Shown piece after piece: positions 1-9,001 of a stretch of 64,000 bases of DNA (positions are counted from its first letter, which is position 1; the number at the start of each line of letters is the position of its first letter). The DNA comes from Myxococcales bacterium. Lineage in GTDB: Bacteria; Myxococcota_A; Bradymonadia; UBA7976; UBA1532. The stretch is taken from NCBI GenBank assembly GCA_020633465.1, contig JACKDN010000004.1, forward strand, positions 130,290-194,289, read 5' to 3'. The position numbers and the translations under genes were made by a program. The notes below the pieces were generated by a model. It was given only the letters and a program-made list of their open reading frames with translations. It was not told where the DNA came from and did no database searches.

Positions 1-311
1 GCCTCGACGGCGACCGTCGCCCGGCGGCCCTTCGTCCCGGTCACCCGCGCGGTCGCGTCGACGGTCTGCCCGACGGCCACCGGCGCCGTGAAACGCACCT
101 CAGCGCCGCCGAGCACGACGAGGGGATCGTTCACCGCCAGCATCGCCGCGTGGTCGGCCAGCCCGAAGACGAAGCCGCCGTGCACCAGGCCGCGATCGTC
201 GACGGCCATGTCGGGCGTGGCCTCGAAGCGTACCGTCGCCGTGCCTTCGGCGACGCTGACCGGCGCGCCGCAGAGGCGCGGATCGATCCCGAGGTGGGTG
301 TTGGGCTTCAT
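1..311 (-). CDS. PaaI-like hotdog-fold thioesterase (partial; C-terminus lies beyond the left edge)
   Basis: My own translation from the ATG at 311 (minus strand): MKPNTHLGIDPRLCGAPVSVAEGTATVRFEATPDMAVDDRGLVHGGFVFGLADHAAMLAVNDPLVVLGGAEVRF... This matches the PaaI/hotdog pattern. It is absent from the ORF track because it runs off the edge. Confidence 0.6.
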   Translation of the reverse strand, partial: MKPNTHLGIDPRLCGAPVSVAEGTATVRFEATPDMAVDDRGLVHGGFVFGLADHAAMLAVNDPLVVLGGAEVRFTAPVAVGQTVDATARVTGTKGRRATVAVE

Positions 312-397
312 GGGTCTGGCCTCCGTCGTGCTGGCGACGGCCCCAGGGTCGGCCCCCGCGTGGCCCGACGCAAGGCTCGCGCACACCCGGGAAGGGT

Positions 398-901
398 TTG
401 TCCGTACCCCTCGGTTGGATCGTGCAGCGTCACCGGCCGTTGACAGCCGTGACGGACGCGGAGCCGGTGGTTCCGCCCGAACCTCGGAGGCCCCTCGTGC
501 CACACCCTGCCGCGCACCTGCTCGACGCCCCCCTCGACCACCTCGCGCGGTTGTCGGACGACGAAGCGAACGATCTGACCCGGCTGCTCGACAGCGCCGC
601 GACCACACAGGACGTCCCGCCCCATCGCGTGGCGCGCGCCCGCGCCGGCCTGGCCCTGCGCGTCGGCGATCCGGGGGCCACGGCGCGCTGGTTGATGGAC
701 GTCTGGCGACCTGGGCGCCCGGTGGGCCCCGCCCTGTCCATGCTGCTCGAAGACGGGCTCGAGACGGTGGCCCACGCCATCGCCCGCGACGCCTGGTCCG
801 ACCCCACCTGCCCGGATCGCCACGCGGCGGCGGCCGTGATGCGCCAGGTCACCGACCAGCGCCGCCGCACCCTCGGGCTGCCCTCGACCCTGACCGCCTG
901 A
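398..901 (+). CDS. hypothetical protein
   Basis: 167-aa ORF with D/E/L-rich, realistic composition and high third-position GC. The antisense ORF 430..870 is R/S-rich and artefact-like. The true start may be the internal GTG near 497. No family recognised. Confidence 0.45.
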   Translation: MSVPLGWIVQRHRPLTAVTDAEPVVPPEPRRPLVPHPAAHLLDAPLDHLARLSDDEANDLTRLLDSAATTQDVPPHRVARARAGLALRVGDPGATARWLMDVWRPGRPVGPALSMLLEDGLETVAHAIARDAWSDPTCPDRHAAAAVMRQVTDQRRRTLGLPSTLTA

Positions 902-927
902 TCCCCGGCCGGGAGGGCGCGCGCGCT

Positions 928-1395
928 TCAGTACAGGTTGCACCACAGCGCGCGGGCTTCGACCGCGTCGTTCAGGCGCCGCAGCCGATCGGCGATGGCG
1001 CGGGCGATGTTCGTGACGACGCGCAGGTGGGCGTCGGGCTCGACGCGGCCCAGCGTGGCGAAGGACTCGGCCGACAACACCATCAGCTCGGCCATCTCGC
1101 AGGCGGCCACCGTCGCGGATCGCGGTCGCGCGTCGATCAACGCGACCTCGCCGAACACCTCACCCGCCGGCAGGTGGCCCAGCTCGACGCCGGCCTTCCC
1201 CTTGCGCACCACGACGCGGCCCGACGCGACCACGAACATGTCGCGCGCCCGGTCGCCCTCGCGCACGACGACGTCGCCCGGCGCGTACCGGACCCAGCGC
1301 GCCTGCTCGACCAGGCGCCGCAGGGCACCCTCGCCCACGCCCTCGAAGAGGGGGACGCCGCGCGCCACCGCCATCCGCTCGTCGACCTCGCTCAC
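928..1395 (-). CDS. cyclic-nucleotide-binding domain protein (stand-alone)
   Basis: Tail of ORF 928..1677. The GTG at 1395 is preceded by GGGAGGGAG. The cNMP-binding core reads FEGVGEGALRRLVEQARWVRYAPGDVVVREGD...GEVFGEVALIDARPRSATV. Confidence 0.75.
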   Translation of the reverse strand: MSEVDERMAVARGVPLFEGVGEGALRRLVEQARWVRYAPGDVVVREGDRARDMFVVASGRVVVRKGKAGVELGHLPAGEVFGEVALIDARPRSATVAACEMAELMVLSAESFATLGRVEPDAHLRVVTNIARAIADRLRRLNDAVEARALWCNLY

Positions 1396-1468
1396 CGCGT
1401 CTCCCTCCCCGCGGGTGCCCTTCGGCCCCCCGAGACACCGCCGCGCGACACCCGACGCCGCGCGCTTC

Positions 1469-3052
1469 GTGCTATCGTCGCAGGCCGTGACCGAAGAGCC
1501 CCCCGAGAGCGAGACGCTCGCGACGCTGAAGCGCTTGGCGCAGCTCGGCCTGCCGCGCCAGGGTACGCTGGCGCGCGGGGGAATGGCCACCATCGATGCG
1601 GTGGTCGACCCCGTGCTCGAGCGCCGCATGGCGATGAAGGTGATGGCGCCGACCCTGCTGGGGGACGAGGCCGCCATCGCCTACTTCGTGCGCGAGGCCC
1701 ACATCACCGGCCAGCTGGACCACCCGAACATCGTGCCGGTGCACCAGCTGGGCGTGGGCGAGCACGGCCAGCCCTGGTTCACGATGAAGCTGGTCGAGGG
1801 CGAGACCCTCGAGTCGCGCGTCCAGCGACGGCCGCGGGGGCCGGTGGATCACGGCGAGCTGTTCGACCTCGTCGGCGTGCTGATCAAGGTGTGCGATGCC
1901 CTCGAGATGGCGCACGCCCGCGGCGTCATCCACTGCGATCTGAAGCCCCTGAACGTGATGGTGGGCGCCTTCGGGCAGGTGTACCTGATGGACTGGGGCA
2001 TCGCCCGCCTGGTCACGCCCGCGGGGGTCTCCGAGGATCCTGGCCAGACGCTCGAGGCGCCCGTCAGCACGTACGTGGCCGATCTCGAGGTGGACGGGGT
2101 CATGGGCACGCCGGGCTACATGGCGCCCGAACAGGCCGAGGCGGGCGCGCTCGACGAGCGCACCGACATCTTCGCGATGGGCGCGATGCTGTACTTCGTG
2201 CTGACCGGCCGGGCCCCCTTCGACCACCCCGACGCGCTGGAGGCGATGCGGCGCGCCCACCGCGTGAAGTGCCCACCCATCGAGGAGCTGGCCCCCGAGG
2301 CGCCGCTGGGGTTGCGGCGCATCGCCGAGCGCGCCATGGCCCGGAGCCCAGGCGAGCGCTACCCCGACATCGCGGCCCTCCGCAACGCCCTGCAGCGCCA
2401 CCTGCGCGGCGAGGGCGCCTTCCCCGAGGTGCGGGTGCCGCGGGGCGAGCACGTCGTCGTCGAGGGCGACCCCGCGGACGCGGCCTACGTCGTCGTGCAC
2501 GGTCGTTGCCACGTCTACACGCGGCGCGAGGGGCGCCACGTGCAGCTGGGCGAGCTGGGGCCGGGCGACGTGTTCGGCGAGACGGCCATCCTGGCCGAGT
2601 CGACGCGCACCGCGAGCGTCGTGGCGGCCACCGACGCCGTGCTGCTGCACATCACCGCCGAGCACTGGGAGCAGGCGCTGGGGGACATGCGGCCGTGGCT
2701 GCGGGCCTTCGTGCGGGCGGTGGCGACGCGCTTCTCCGAGGCGCTCGAGCAGCGCGGCGCGCCCGAGGCGATGCGACCCGTCGATCGCCTGAACCTCGCG
2801 CTGATGCACCTGTTCACCTGGGGCGAGGCCGCGACGGACGGCAGTCGCAGCCTGGCCTGGTCGGCCTTCGCCGACCACCTGCTGGCCCGCCACGGCGTGC
2901 CGCGCCGCGCGCTGGCCATGGGGCTGGCCAGCGTCGAGGGCCTCGAGATCGACATCGAGGCGGATCGCGTGGTGCTGCGCGATCCCCAGCGGGCGCTGGA
3001 GCGGCTGCGGCCCCGGCTGGTGCCGAACCTGGCCGTCGCGCCCGGCGGCTGA
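1469..3052 (+). CDS. Ser/Thr protein kinase with C-terminal cyclic-nucleotide-binding domain
   Basis: Within ORF 938..3052. Hanks kinase motifs: AMKVM, HPNIV, HCDLKPLNVM, DWGIA, GTPGYMAPE. C-terminal cNMP domain: GEHVVVEGDPADAAYVVVHG...GDVFGETAILAESTRTASV. Start is GTG 1469 or 1487. Confidence 0.85.
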   Translation: MLSSQAVTEEPPESETLATLKRLAQLGLPRQGTLARGGMATIDAVVDPVLERRMAMKVMAPTLLGDEAAIAYFVREAHITGQLDHPNIVPVHQLGVGEHGQPWFTMKLVEGETLESRVQRRPRGPVDHGELFDLVGVLIKVCDALEMAHARGVIHCDLKPLNVMVGAFGQVYLMDWGIARLVTPAGVSEDPGQTLEAPVSTYVADLEVDGVMGTPGYMAPEQAEAGALDERTDIFAMGAMLYFVLTGRAPFDHPDALEAMRRAHRVKCPPIEELAPEAPLGLRRIAERAMARSPGERYPDIAALRNALQRHLRGEGAFPEVRVPRGEHVVVEGDPADAAYVVVHGRCHVYTRREGRHVQLGELGPGDVFGETAILAESTRTASVVAATDAVLLHITAEHWEQALGDMRPWLRAFVRAVATRFSEALEQRGAPEAMRPVDRLNLALMHLFTWGEAATDGSRSLAWSAFADHLLARHGVPRRALAMGLASVEGLEIDIEADRVVLRDPQRALERLRPRLVPNLAVAPGG

Positions 3053-3161
3053 CGCCGCGCTCACCCCGGCCTGCCCCCGAGGCGGTGTGCCCCGCCACCT
3101 CGGGTGCACCCCGATGGACCCGCCCTGCTATAGTGCGCCGCCTTTTCCGCGGAGGGTTCGG

Positions 3162-4985
3162 ATGCGGGGCCTCGGAACGTCGTTCGCCAGCCTTGGATTG
3201 TTCGCGCTCGTCGGCCTCGCCGGCTGCCTGCCCCAGAGCGGCGGAGGCGGCGGCGGCGCCTGTGTCGTGGGGCGCGCCGTGGCCTGCGCGTGCACCGACG
3301 GCACCGACGGCACGCAGACCTGCCTGGCCGACCAGACCTACGGGCCGTGCGTCTGCGGCAACCGGGCGGACGGCGGCGTGGGCGGGGCCCCCGGGGCCGG
3401 CGGCGCGCCTGGCGCGGGCGGCCAGCCGGGCGCCGGGGGCAGCCAGGCGCCGGCGGCGCGCCTGCGCCGGCGGCGAGCCAGGCGCAGGCGGCGGCGGGGC
3501 CGGCGGCGAGGGCGCGCGCCGCCGCCATGGGCGGCGCCCGGGAGCCAGCGGCGCGCCGGGCATGGGCGGCGCGCCGGGCATGGGCGGCGCGGGGGCGCGG
3601 ATCCCTGCGCCGCCGCGGCGTGCGCGGCCGACCAGCTGTGTGTCCCGGGGTCCGGCGCCTGTGTGGGCGCCGCGGCGGCGGCCTGCGCCGAAGACGCGCC
3701 GTGCCGCGCCGACGCCGAGTGCGTCGAGGGCGAGGGCGTGCCCGACGGGTTCTGCCGGGCCACCTGCCGCGTCGACGGCGACTGCGACGGCGGCGTCTGC
3801 GTCGCGGCCGGCGACAACAACATCTGCTTCGCGCGCTGCGACGGCGGCTGCCGCGCCGGGTGGACCTGCTTCGACGACGAAGAGACGGACAGCCGCTACT
3901 GCCTGCCCGATTGTCGCGTGACCGGCTGCGATCGCAGCCAGCTGTGCAACGAGGACACCGGCCAGTGCGAGGCGCGCCCCATCCCCTGCCCCTACGCTTG
4001 CGGCGTGGGCGAGACCTGTGAGGCGGGCCACTGCGTGCGCGCCGATCGCACGTGTGTCACCGACTACCACTGCGTGCGCGACGCCGAGAGCTGCCACCAG
4101 GGGCGCTGCGTCCCTCGCGTGGCCAGCGAGTGCGACGTCGCGGCCGACTGCGACGCCAGCCAGACCTGCGTGCCGCGCTCGAACAACCCGCTCGACGGCG
4201 GCGCCTGCCTCTTCTCGTGCGGCAGCGACGCCGACTGCCCCGCCGACTTCTCGTGCTACCCCGACCTGCAGGACGCCTGTTGGTACCGGTTCTGCGGCAG
4301 CGCCCACTTCAACGGTGAGGTCTTCGGCAGCTGTCAGGCCGGCGCCGACCAGCAGTGGCCGGGCACCTGCTACTCGACCGTCGGGGGCGGGACGACCGAG
4401 GGCATCTGCCTCGAGGCCGGGGACGTCGAGCAGGGCGGCGTCTGCGACGCGCAGGCCTCGGGCCGTGACGACGCGGCGCGCGCGCTGACCTGCGGACCCG
4501 GCCTGTTCTGCTTCGACGATCCCGACGACTACCTCGATCCGTCCCAGCCGGCGGGGCGCGGCACCTGCACCGCGCTGTGCGATCCCACCAGCCCCGACTG
4601 CGACGAGGGGCTCGCCTGCGTGTCGTTCAGCAACGCCGACGATCCGGCGACGCCCGAGGACGAGAGCCGCCTCTTCGGCGTCTGCGCGGTGGCCGACTGC
4701 GATCTCGAGCAGCCGGCCTGCGCCCAGGGCGGCCAGCGGTGCCAGCCCTTCACGCTCAACAGCGATCAGGGCCGCTGCCGCCCCGCCGGCCGCGCCGCCT
4801 TCGGCGAGGCGTGCGACCGAGTCGAGGACTGCCAGGGCGTCGCCTTCTGCGGTGATCCCGGCGACGGCGCGAAGTGCCTGCCGCTGTGCCAGGTGGACGA
4901 GGAGGGCGCCTGCCCCGACGGCTTCACCTGCCTGCTGCGCGAGACCTGGGCCTTCGGCGTGTGCCTGCCCGACGAGGCGCCCTGA
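3162..4985 (+). CDS. secreted Cys-rich repeat lipoprotein with G/A/P-rich linker
   Basis: ATG 3162 follows GGAGGG. Lipoprotein signal MRGLGTSFASLGLFALVGLAGC. More than 10 repeats of the type C-x-x-D-x-DC-x-x-G-x-C. The linker at 3400-3600 reads as natural GAPGMGG repeats only in other frames. Confidence 0.7.
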   Translation: MRGLGTSFASLGLFALVGLAGCLPQSGGGGGGACVVGRAVACACTDGTDGTQTCLADQTYGPCVCGNRADGGVGGAPGAGGAPGAGGQPGAGGSQAPAARLRRRRARRRRRRGRRRGRAPPPWAAPGSQRRAGHGRRAGHGRRGGADPCAAAACAADQLCVPGSGACVGAAAAACAEDAPCRADAECVEGEGVPDGFCRATCRVDGDCDGGVCVAAGDNNICFARCDGGCRAGWTCFDDEETDSRYCLPDCRVTGCDRSQLCNEDTGQCEARPIPCPYACGVGETCEAGHCVRADRTCVTDYHCVRDAESCHQGRCVPRVASECDVAADCDASQTCVPRSNNPLDGGACLFSCGSDADCPADFSCYPDLQDACWYRFCGSAHFNGEVFGSCQAGADQQWPGTCYSTVGGGTTEGICLEAGDVEQGGVCDAQASGRDDAARALTCGPGLFCFDDPDDYLDPSQPAGRGTCTALCDPTSPDCDEGLACVSFSNADDPATPEDESRLFGVCAVADCDLEQPACAQGGQRCQPFTLNSDQGRCRPAGRAAFGEACDRVEDCQGVAFCGDPGDGAKCLPLCQVDEEGACPDGFTCLLRETWAFGVCLPDEAP

Positions 4986-5052
4986 CCGGACCGTTGCGGC
5001 TCTGCTCGGTGGGGCGGCAGCGGCCGCCGCCGACCGGCCCTCGTCGACCGCG

Positions 5053-6692
5053 TCAGGGAGCGCAGTCGCCGGCGCCCACGATCAACACGGTGTCGCCCGC
5101 CGACAGGAACACCTCCGGAGCCAGCCGAACGACGCGCAGCGCCGGATCGTAGCTCCACCCGTCCACCGGACTGCCGTCCACCCAGACCGCGGCCACGCCC
5201 CCGGCGAGATCGGGCGGCACGGCGAACGTCCGCTGCACGCCGAAGGTGGCTTCGCCGATGCGGCTCAGGCCCGGCGCGAGCGCGGCGCAGATCGACTCGA
5301 CGCGCCCCCCGAGCCGTCCGACCGCCTCGACGTAGCGGCCCCCGGCGTCCGCGTCGCCGAGCTGCGAACTGCAGGCCTGCGCGCGGCCGTTCTGCGCCCC
5401 GACGATGGCGTGCAGGTGAACCTCCGCGGGCGCCACGCCCGCGGCGGCCAGCAGGCCATCGATGTAGGTCGAGACCGTCTCGGGCGAGTTGTCGTTCTCG
5501 TCGCTCAGGATCACCACGGCCAACGCGGCGCCGGGTCGGCGGAAGCCCGGGTTTCGGTTGCCGATCAGCGCCGCCCGTGCCGCGGCGAGGCCCTCCTCCT
5601 GGCCCGAGCCCGCGGTGCCTACCTGCACGCGCGCCTCCCACCGGTCGAGGCCGCCCGGCGCCAACGGATCGAAGTACGCGGGCATCCCGACCAGACGACC
5701 GGAGCGCTCGGGCGCGCTCATGTCGGTGGTGACCACGCCCACCCGCACGGCCACGCCGTGCCGGTCGGCCGCGTCGAAGAACTCGGCGCCCACGTCGGCC
5801 AGCGCCCCCTGCTCCTCCTGCATCGAGGCCGAGTCGTCCACCACCATCAGCACGTCCACCGCCGAGGGCACGCCGGCGAGGGCCTCGTGCGTCGGCGGTC
5901 CCTCGTCCTCGCCGGCGCCCTGCACGGCGACCTCGACCGTCTGCGTGGGGCCACCCTCGGCGCGCGCGGTCAGCACCAGGGTGCAGTCGACCGGATCGAC
6001 TCGGCGCGGCGTGAACTGCAGCTGGAACGAGAACCCCTCGGTCACCGACTGGCACCCACCCGGCCAGACGAGGCGGACGCCGAGGCAGTCGCCCTGCAGG
6101 ATGGGCGGCTCGAGGCAGACCTCGGCGCGCTGCGGCTCGACGCCCACCCGCTCGGTGACGGTGTCGCCCACGCCGCAGCGCAGGCCGACCGCCCCGAAGT
6201 CGATCTCCGCGGGGCTGACCCGCACCAGCTCGCCGGGCGCCTCGCAGGGGCCGGGCTGCTGGGGGCAAGGATCGCACGCGTCGCCCAGGCCGTCGTCGTC
6301 GGCGTCCATCTGGCTGAAGTTGGGCCGGTCCGGGCAGTTGTCCTCGTCGTCGGCGACGCCGTCGTCGTCACGATCGCCGGCAGGGCCTCCGCCCGCGCCC
6401 GGCGCGCCGCCCATGCCCGGCGCGCCGCCGCCCTGGCTCGCCCCCGGCGCCCGGTGTGCCGCCCGCGCCCGGCTCGCCGCCCGCACCCGGCTCGCCGCCC
6501 CCGCGCTCGGCTCACCGCCGGCGCCAGGCTGGCCCCGGACCCAGGCTGACCGCCCGCCCCCGGCGCCGCGCCGTCCAGCGACGCGCCGCCGCCCGCGCCG
6601 GGCCCTGCGTCGCCGACGCCTCCGCCGGTGGGATGACACCCCCAGCCGCCGACCGCCAGCGCCACCGTCGCCACCCAGCGCATCGTGGTCAT
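5053..6692 (-). CDS. lipoprotein with thrombospondin type-3-like Asp-rich repeats and a vWA-like domain (frame-disrupted in the linker)
   Basis: ATG 6692 follows GGAGGA. Signal MTTMRWVATVALAVGGWGC is in the frame of ORF 6042..6839. DDDGVADDEDNCPDRPNFSQMDADDDGLGDACD and the vWA-like VLMVVDDSASM...ILSDENDN are in the frame of ORF 5053..6639. The frames switch at about 6480-6560. Confidence 0.6.
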
Positions 6693-6712
6693 CCGACGTC
6701 CTCCGGTGCGAG

Positions 6713-7516
6713 TCAATACGAGAGGGTCAGGCCCAGCGACGCCCCGCCGGGCAGCGGCGTCAGCGCCACCGCGGGCGCGTCGGGCTCGAGCAGGAACAGC
6801 GTCACCGCCGCGGCCGCGAACAGCCCCGCGCCGCCCCAAGCCAGGTTGGCGGCCAGGGCGGCGTCCTCGGCCCGCGTGGCCGTGTCGGCCTTGTCGGGTC
6901 CGGTGATCGCGTCGGCGTGCTCGTCCTCGGCCGCGCCGGCCTCGACGCCGAAGTAGATGGCGACGCCCGCGGCGACGGCCGTCAAGCCCGCCGCGGTGTA
7001 GGCGTAGGGACGCAGGCTGGCCGCGGGCTCGGTGCGCGCCTCGGCCTTCGGCGGCTCGGCCGGCGGTGGCTCGGCCGGCGGTGGCTCGGCCGGCGGTGGC
7101 TCGGCCGGCGGCGGCTCGGCCTTGGCTGCCTCGATCTCGGCCAACAGGTTGCGCATGGTGCGCACCCGCGCCTCGACGTCGGCGCGATCGTCCCCGTCGG
7201 GCACCCGGGCCAGGTACAGCTCGAAGTGCTCGATGGCCTGCGTCCAGTGCCGCATCTCCTGATGCGTGCGCGCCAGGTTGTAGAGCAGCACCGGCGAGGG
7301 ATCGAGCTTGTAGGCCCGCTCGAAGCGCGCGAGCGCCTCGGCGAAGTCCTTGGCCTTGAAGGCCGCGACGCCCGCCTCGTAGGCCTCGGTGGCCTGCACG
7401 CGCGCCTGCTCGGTCGGCTGCGCGAGGGCGGGCGCGCCGAGCGACAGGAGCAACAGCAGAGGCAGCAGCGGACGAAGCACGGCCGCGAAGATAGCAGACC
7501 GACCCGTGCGGATCAT
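6713..7516 (-). CDS. TPR-containing secreted/membrane-anchored protein with (AEPPP)n repeat
   Basis: Tail of ORF 6713..8983; ATG at 7516. Signal LLPLLLLLSLGAPALA. TPR-like AFKAKDFAEALARFERAYKLDPSP. A 5x PPAEP repeat. Hydrophobic C-terminal segments. Confidence 0.7.
   Translation of the reverse strand: MIRTGRSAIFAAVLRPLLPLLLLLSLGAPALAQPTEQARVQATEAYEAGVAAFKAKDFAEALARFERAYKLDPSPVLLYNLARTHQEMRHWTQAIEHFELYLARVPDGDDRADVEARVRTMRNLLAEIEAAKAEPPPAEPPPAEPPPAEPPPAEPPKAEARTEPAASLRPYAYTAAGLTAVAAGVAIYFGVEAGAAEDEHADAITGPDKADTATRAEDAALAANLAWGGAGLFAAAAVTLFLLEPDAPAVALTPLPGGASLGLTLSY
7053..7121. repeat. 15-bp tandem repeat, about 4.6 copies (ggctcggccggcggt)
   Basis: Read directly from the sequence. It encodes the AEPPP/PPAEP repeats of the 6713..7516 gene. 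Confidence 0.9.
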
Positions 7517-7530
7517 GCGCGTGGCGCGCG

Positions 7531-8946
7531 TCACGCCGGGTCGTGCGGCAGGCTGCCCCGGGGCGAGCGCAGGTACTCGAAGGGGGTCAGCCGCTCGAAG
7601 TTGCTCACCCGCGACGTGTAGATGTCGGCGTAGCGCTCCACCTGCCGGGCCAGGTGGCTCTTGTCGTTCCCCGCCCGCATCAGCAGCCCCCAGCGCGGGC
7701 TGCGCAGCCGCCCGAAGGCCTCGGCCGCCGGCGCGATGCGGGTGTCGATCGCCAGCAGCGCCTCGCGCACCTGCTGAACCTCGGCCTCGATCTCGGCCTG
7801 GCCGCGCCCGGCCTGCGGGCCATACCCGTGACGCAGCCGCTGCAGCGCCAGCCGCAGCTTCGAGTAGGCGTACTCGAGATCCTGCTTCTCCTGCATCATC
7901 GCCGACAGCGCGGCCTGCTGCGCGTCGAAGGCGGCGATGGCCTCGACCTCCTCCTCCAGCTCGCGCATCACCAGGCAGGTGCGCCAGCGCAGGACGCTCT
8001 TGGCGACGTTCACGTCCACGAAGATGTGATCGCCGACGTAGAGGATCTCGCCGCCCTCCAGCCCCAGGCTGTCCTCGATCAGCGCCGCGTTGCCGCCGAC
8101 GTAGCAGCCGCCGTGGCCCACCGGCCCGCGGTGCTCGCGCAGCAGCCCCGAGTCGTCCACCACCGCGTAGGCCGCGGCCCCCGTCGAGAAGAAGTCGGGC
8201 TTGCGCGCCGCGAACAGCGACACCTCGAACAGATCCCGCCAGGTCATGTCGCCGGGCAGGAAGCGATCCACCGCGAAGTGCAACATGGGCGCGGCGTACG
8301 ACCACTCCGAGTTGGTGATCAGCAAGAGCTGCTTGCCCGCGCGCTTCTGATCGAGCAGCGCCAGCGGCATCTCGGGGTCGAGATCCACGAAGGCGTCGGG
8401 GTCGGCGATGATCTCGGCCTTCAGCTTGCCCTCGGCGTGCGCCCCGTCGAGCGTCCGCCGCACGATCTTGTACAGGTCGCGATAGGTGTAGGCCGCCTCG
8501 AACTCGCCCGCGTCGTACAGCTCGACCAGCTGGCTGAAGAAGCACGCCTCCGAGATGCTGAACAGCGTGTTGAGGAACACCCAGCGGTCGTGCCGCAGAT
8601 CGACCAGCGTGCGCGAGTACGCCTTGCGCTGCGCCTCCCAGCTCAGCGGCGCGGTGCCGTGCGCGGCCCGCTTCACGTAGCCGAAGCGGTTGGCCTTCAC
8701 CAGGTTGCCCAGATCGAGGTCGATCATCAGGCCGCGCGCCGCCAGGTCGGGATCGAAGGTCAGATCCCCCACCGGCCAGCCCTCGGCCAGCAGGCCCTGC
8801 TTGATGTAGTCGTAGGCCCGCTGCTCCCACCCCTCCATGCGGTAATGCACGAGGGTGTAGTCCATGTCGTAGCCGATGGCCTTGATGCCCCGCAGGTTCA
8901 GCGTCCGGTTGCAGAAGACGCCGCGCGGATCGGGCGGCCGGTGCAT
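7531..8946 (-). CDS. HAD-superfamily cytosolic 5'-nucleotidase (cN-II / HAD-IG type)
   Basis: 471-aa ORF. VFCNRTLNLRGIKAIGYDMDYTLVHY (the DMDYTL HAD motif I), LLLITNS, YVGDHIFVDV. These are typical of the 5'-nucleotidase (purine, cytosolic type) family. Confidence 0.85.
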   Translation of the reverse strand: MHRPPDPRGVFCNRTLNLRGIKAIGYDMDYTLVHYRMEGWEQRAYDYIKQGLLAEGWPVGDLTFDPDLAARGLMIDLDLGNLVKANRFGYVKRAAHGTAPLSWEAQRKAYSRTLVDLRHDRWVFLNTLFSISEACFFSQLVELYDAGEFEAAYTYRDLYKIVRRTLDGAHAEGKLKAEIIADPDAFVDLDPEMPLALLDQKRAGKQLLLITNSEWSYAAPMLHFAVDRFLPGDMTWRDLFEVSLFAARKPDFFSTGAAAYAVVDDSGLLREHRGPVGHGGCYVGGNAALIEDSLGLEGGEILYVGDHIFVDVNVAKSVLRWRTCLVMRELEEEVEAIAAFDAQQAALSAMMQEKQDLEYAYSKLRLALQRLRHGYGPQAGRGQAEIEAEVQQVREALLAIDTRIAPAAEAFGRLRSPRWGLLMRAGNDKSHLARQVERYADIYTSRVSNFERLTPFEYLRSPRGSLPHDPA

Positions 8947-9001
8947 GCCGTGTCTCCACAGATCGTGATGGGGCGTTGTACACCGGCGCCCGCGTGCGCC
9001 G

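Noticed and set aside
88-3921. 1277-aa ORF, plus other giant ORFs such as 10598..14098(-), 18975..21503(-), 45310..49347(-, apart from its 3' end), 55178..57676(+, apart from its 3' end) and 60277..62133(+).
   Set aside because: Their Arg/Gly/Ala/Pro-dominated, low-complexity translations overlap genes that have clear motifs in other frames. Stop-codon scarcity in ~70% GC DNA typically produces such open frames.
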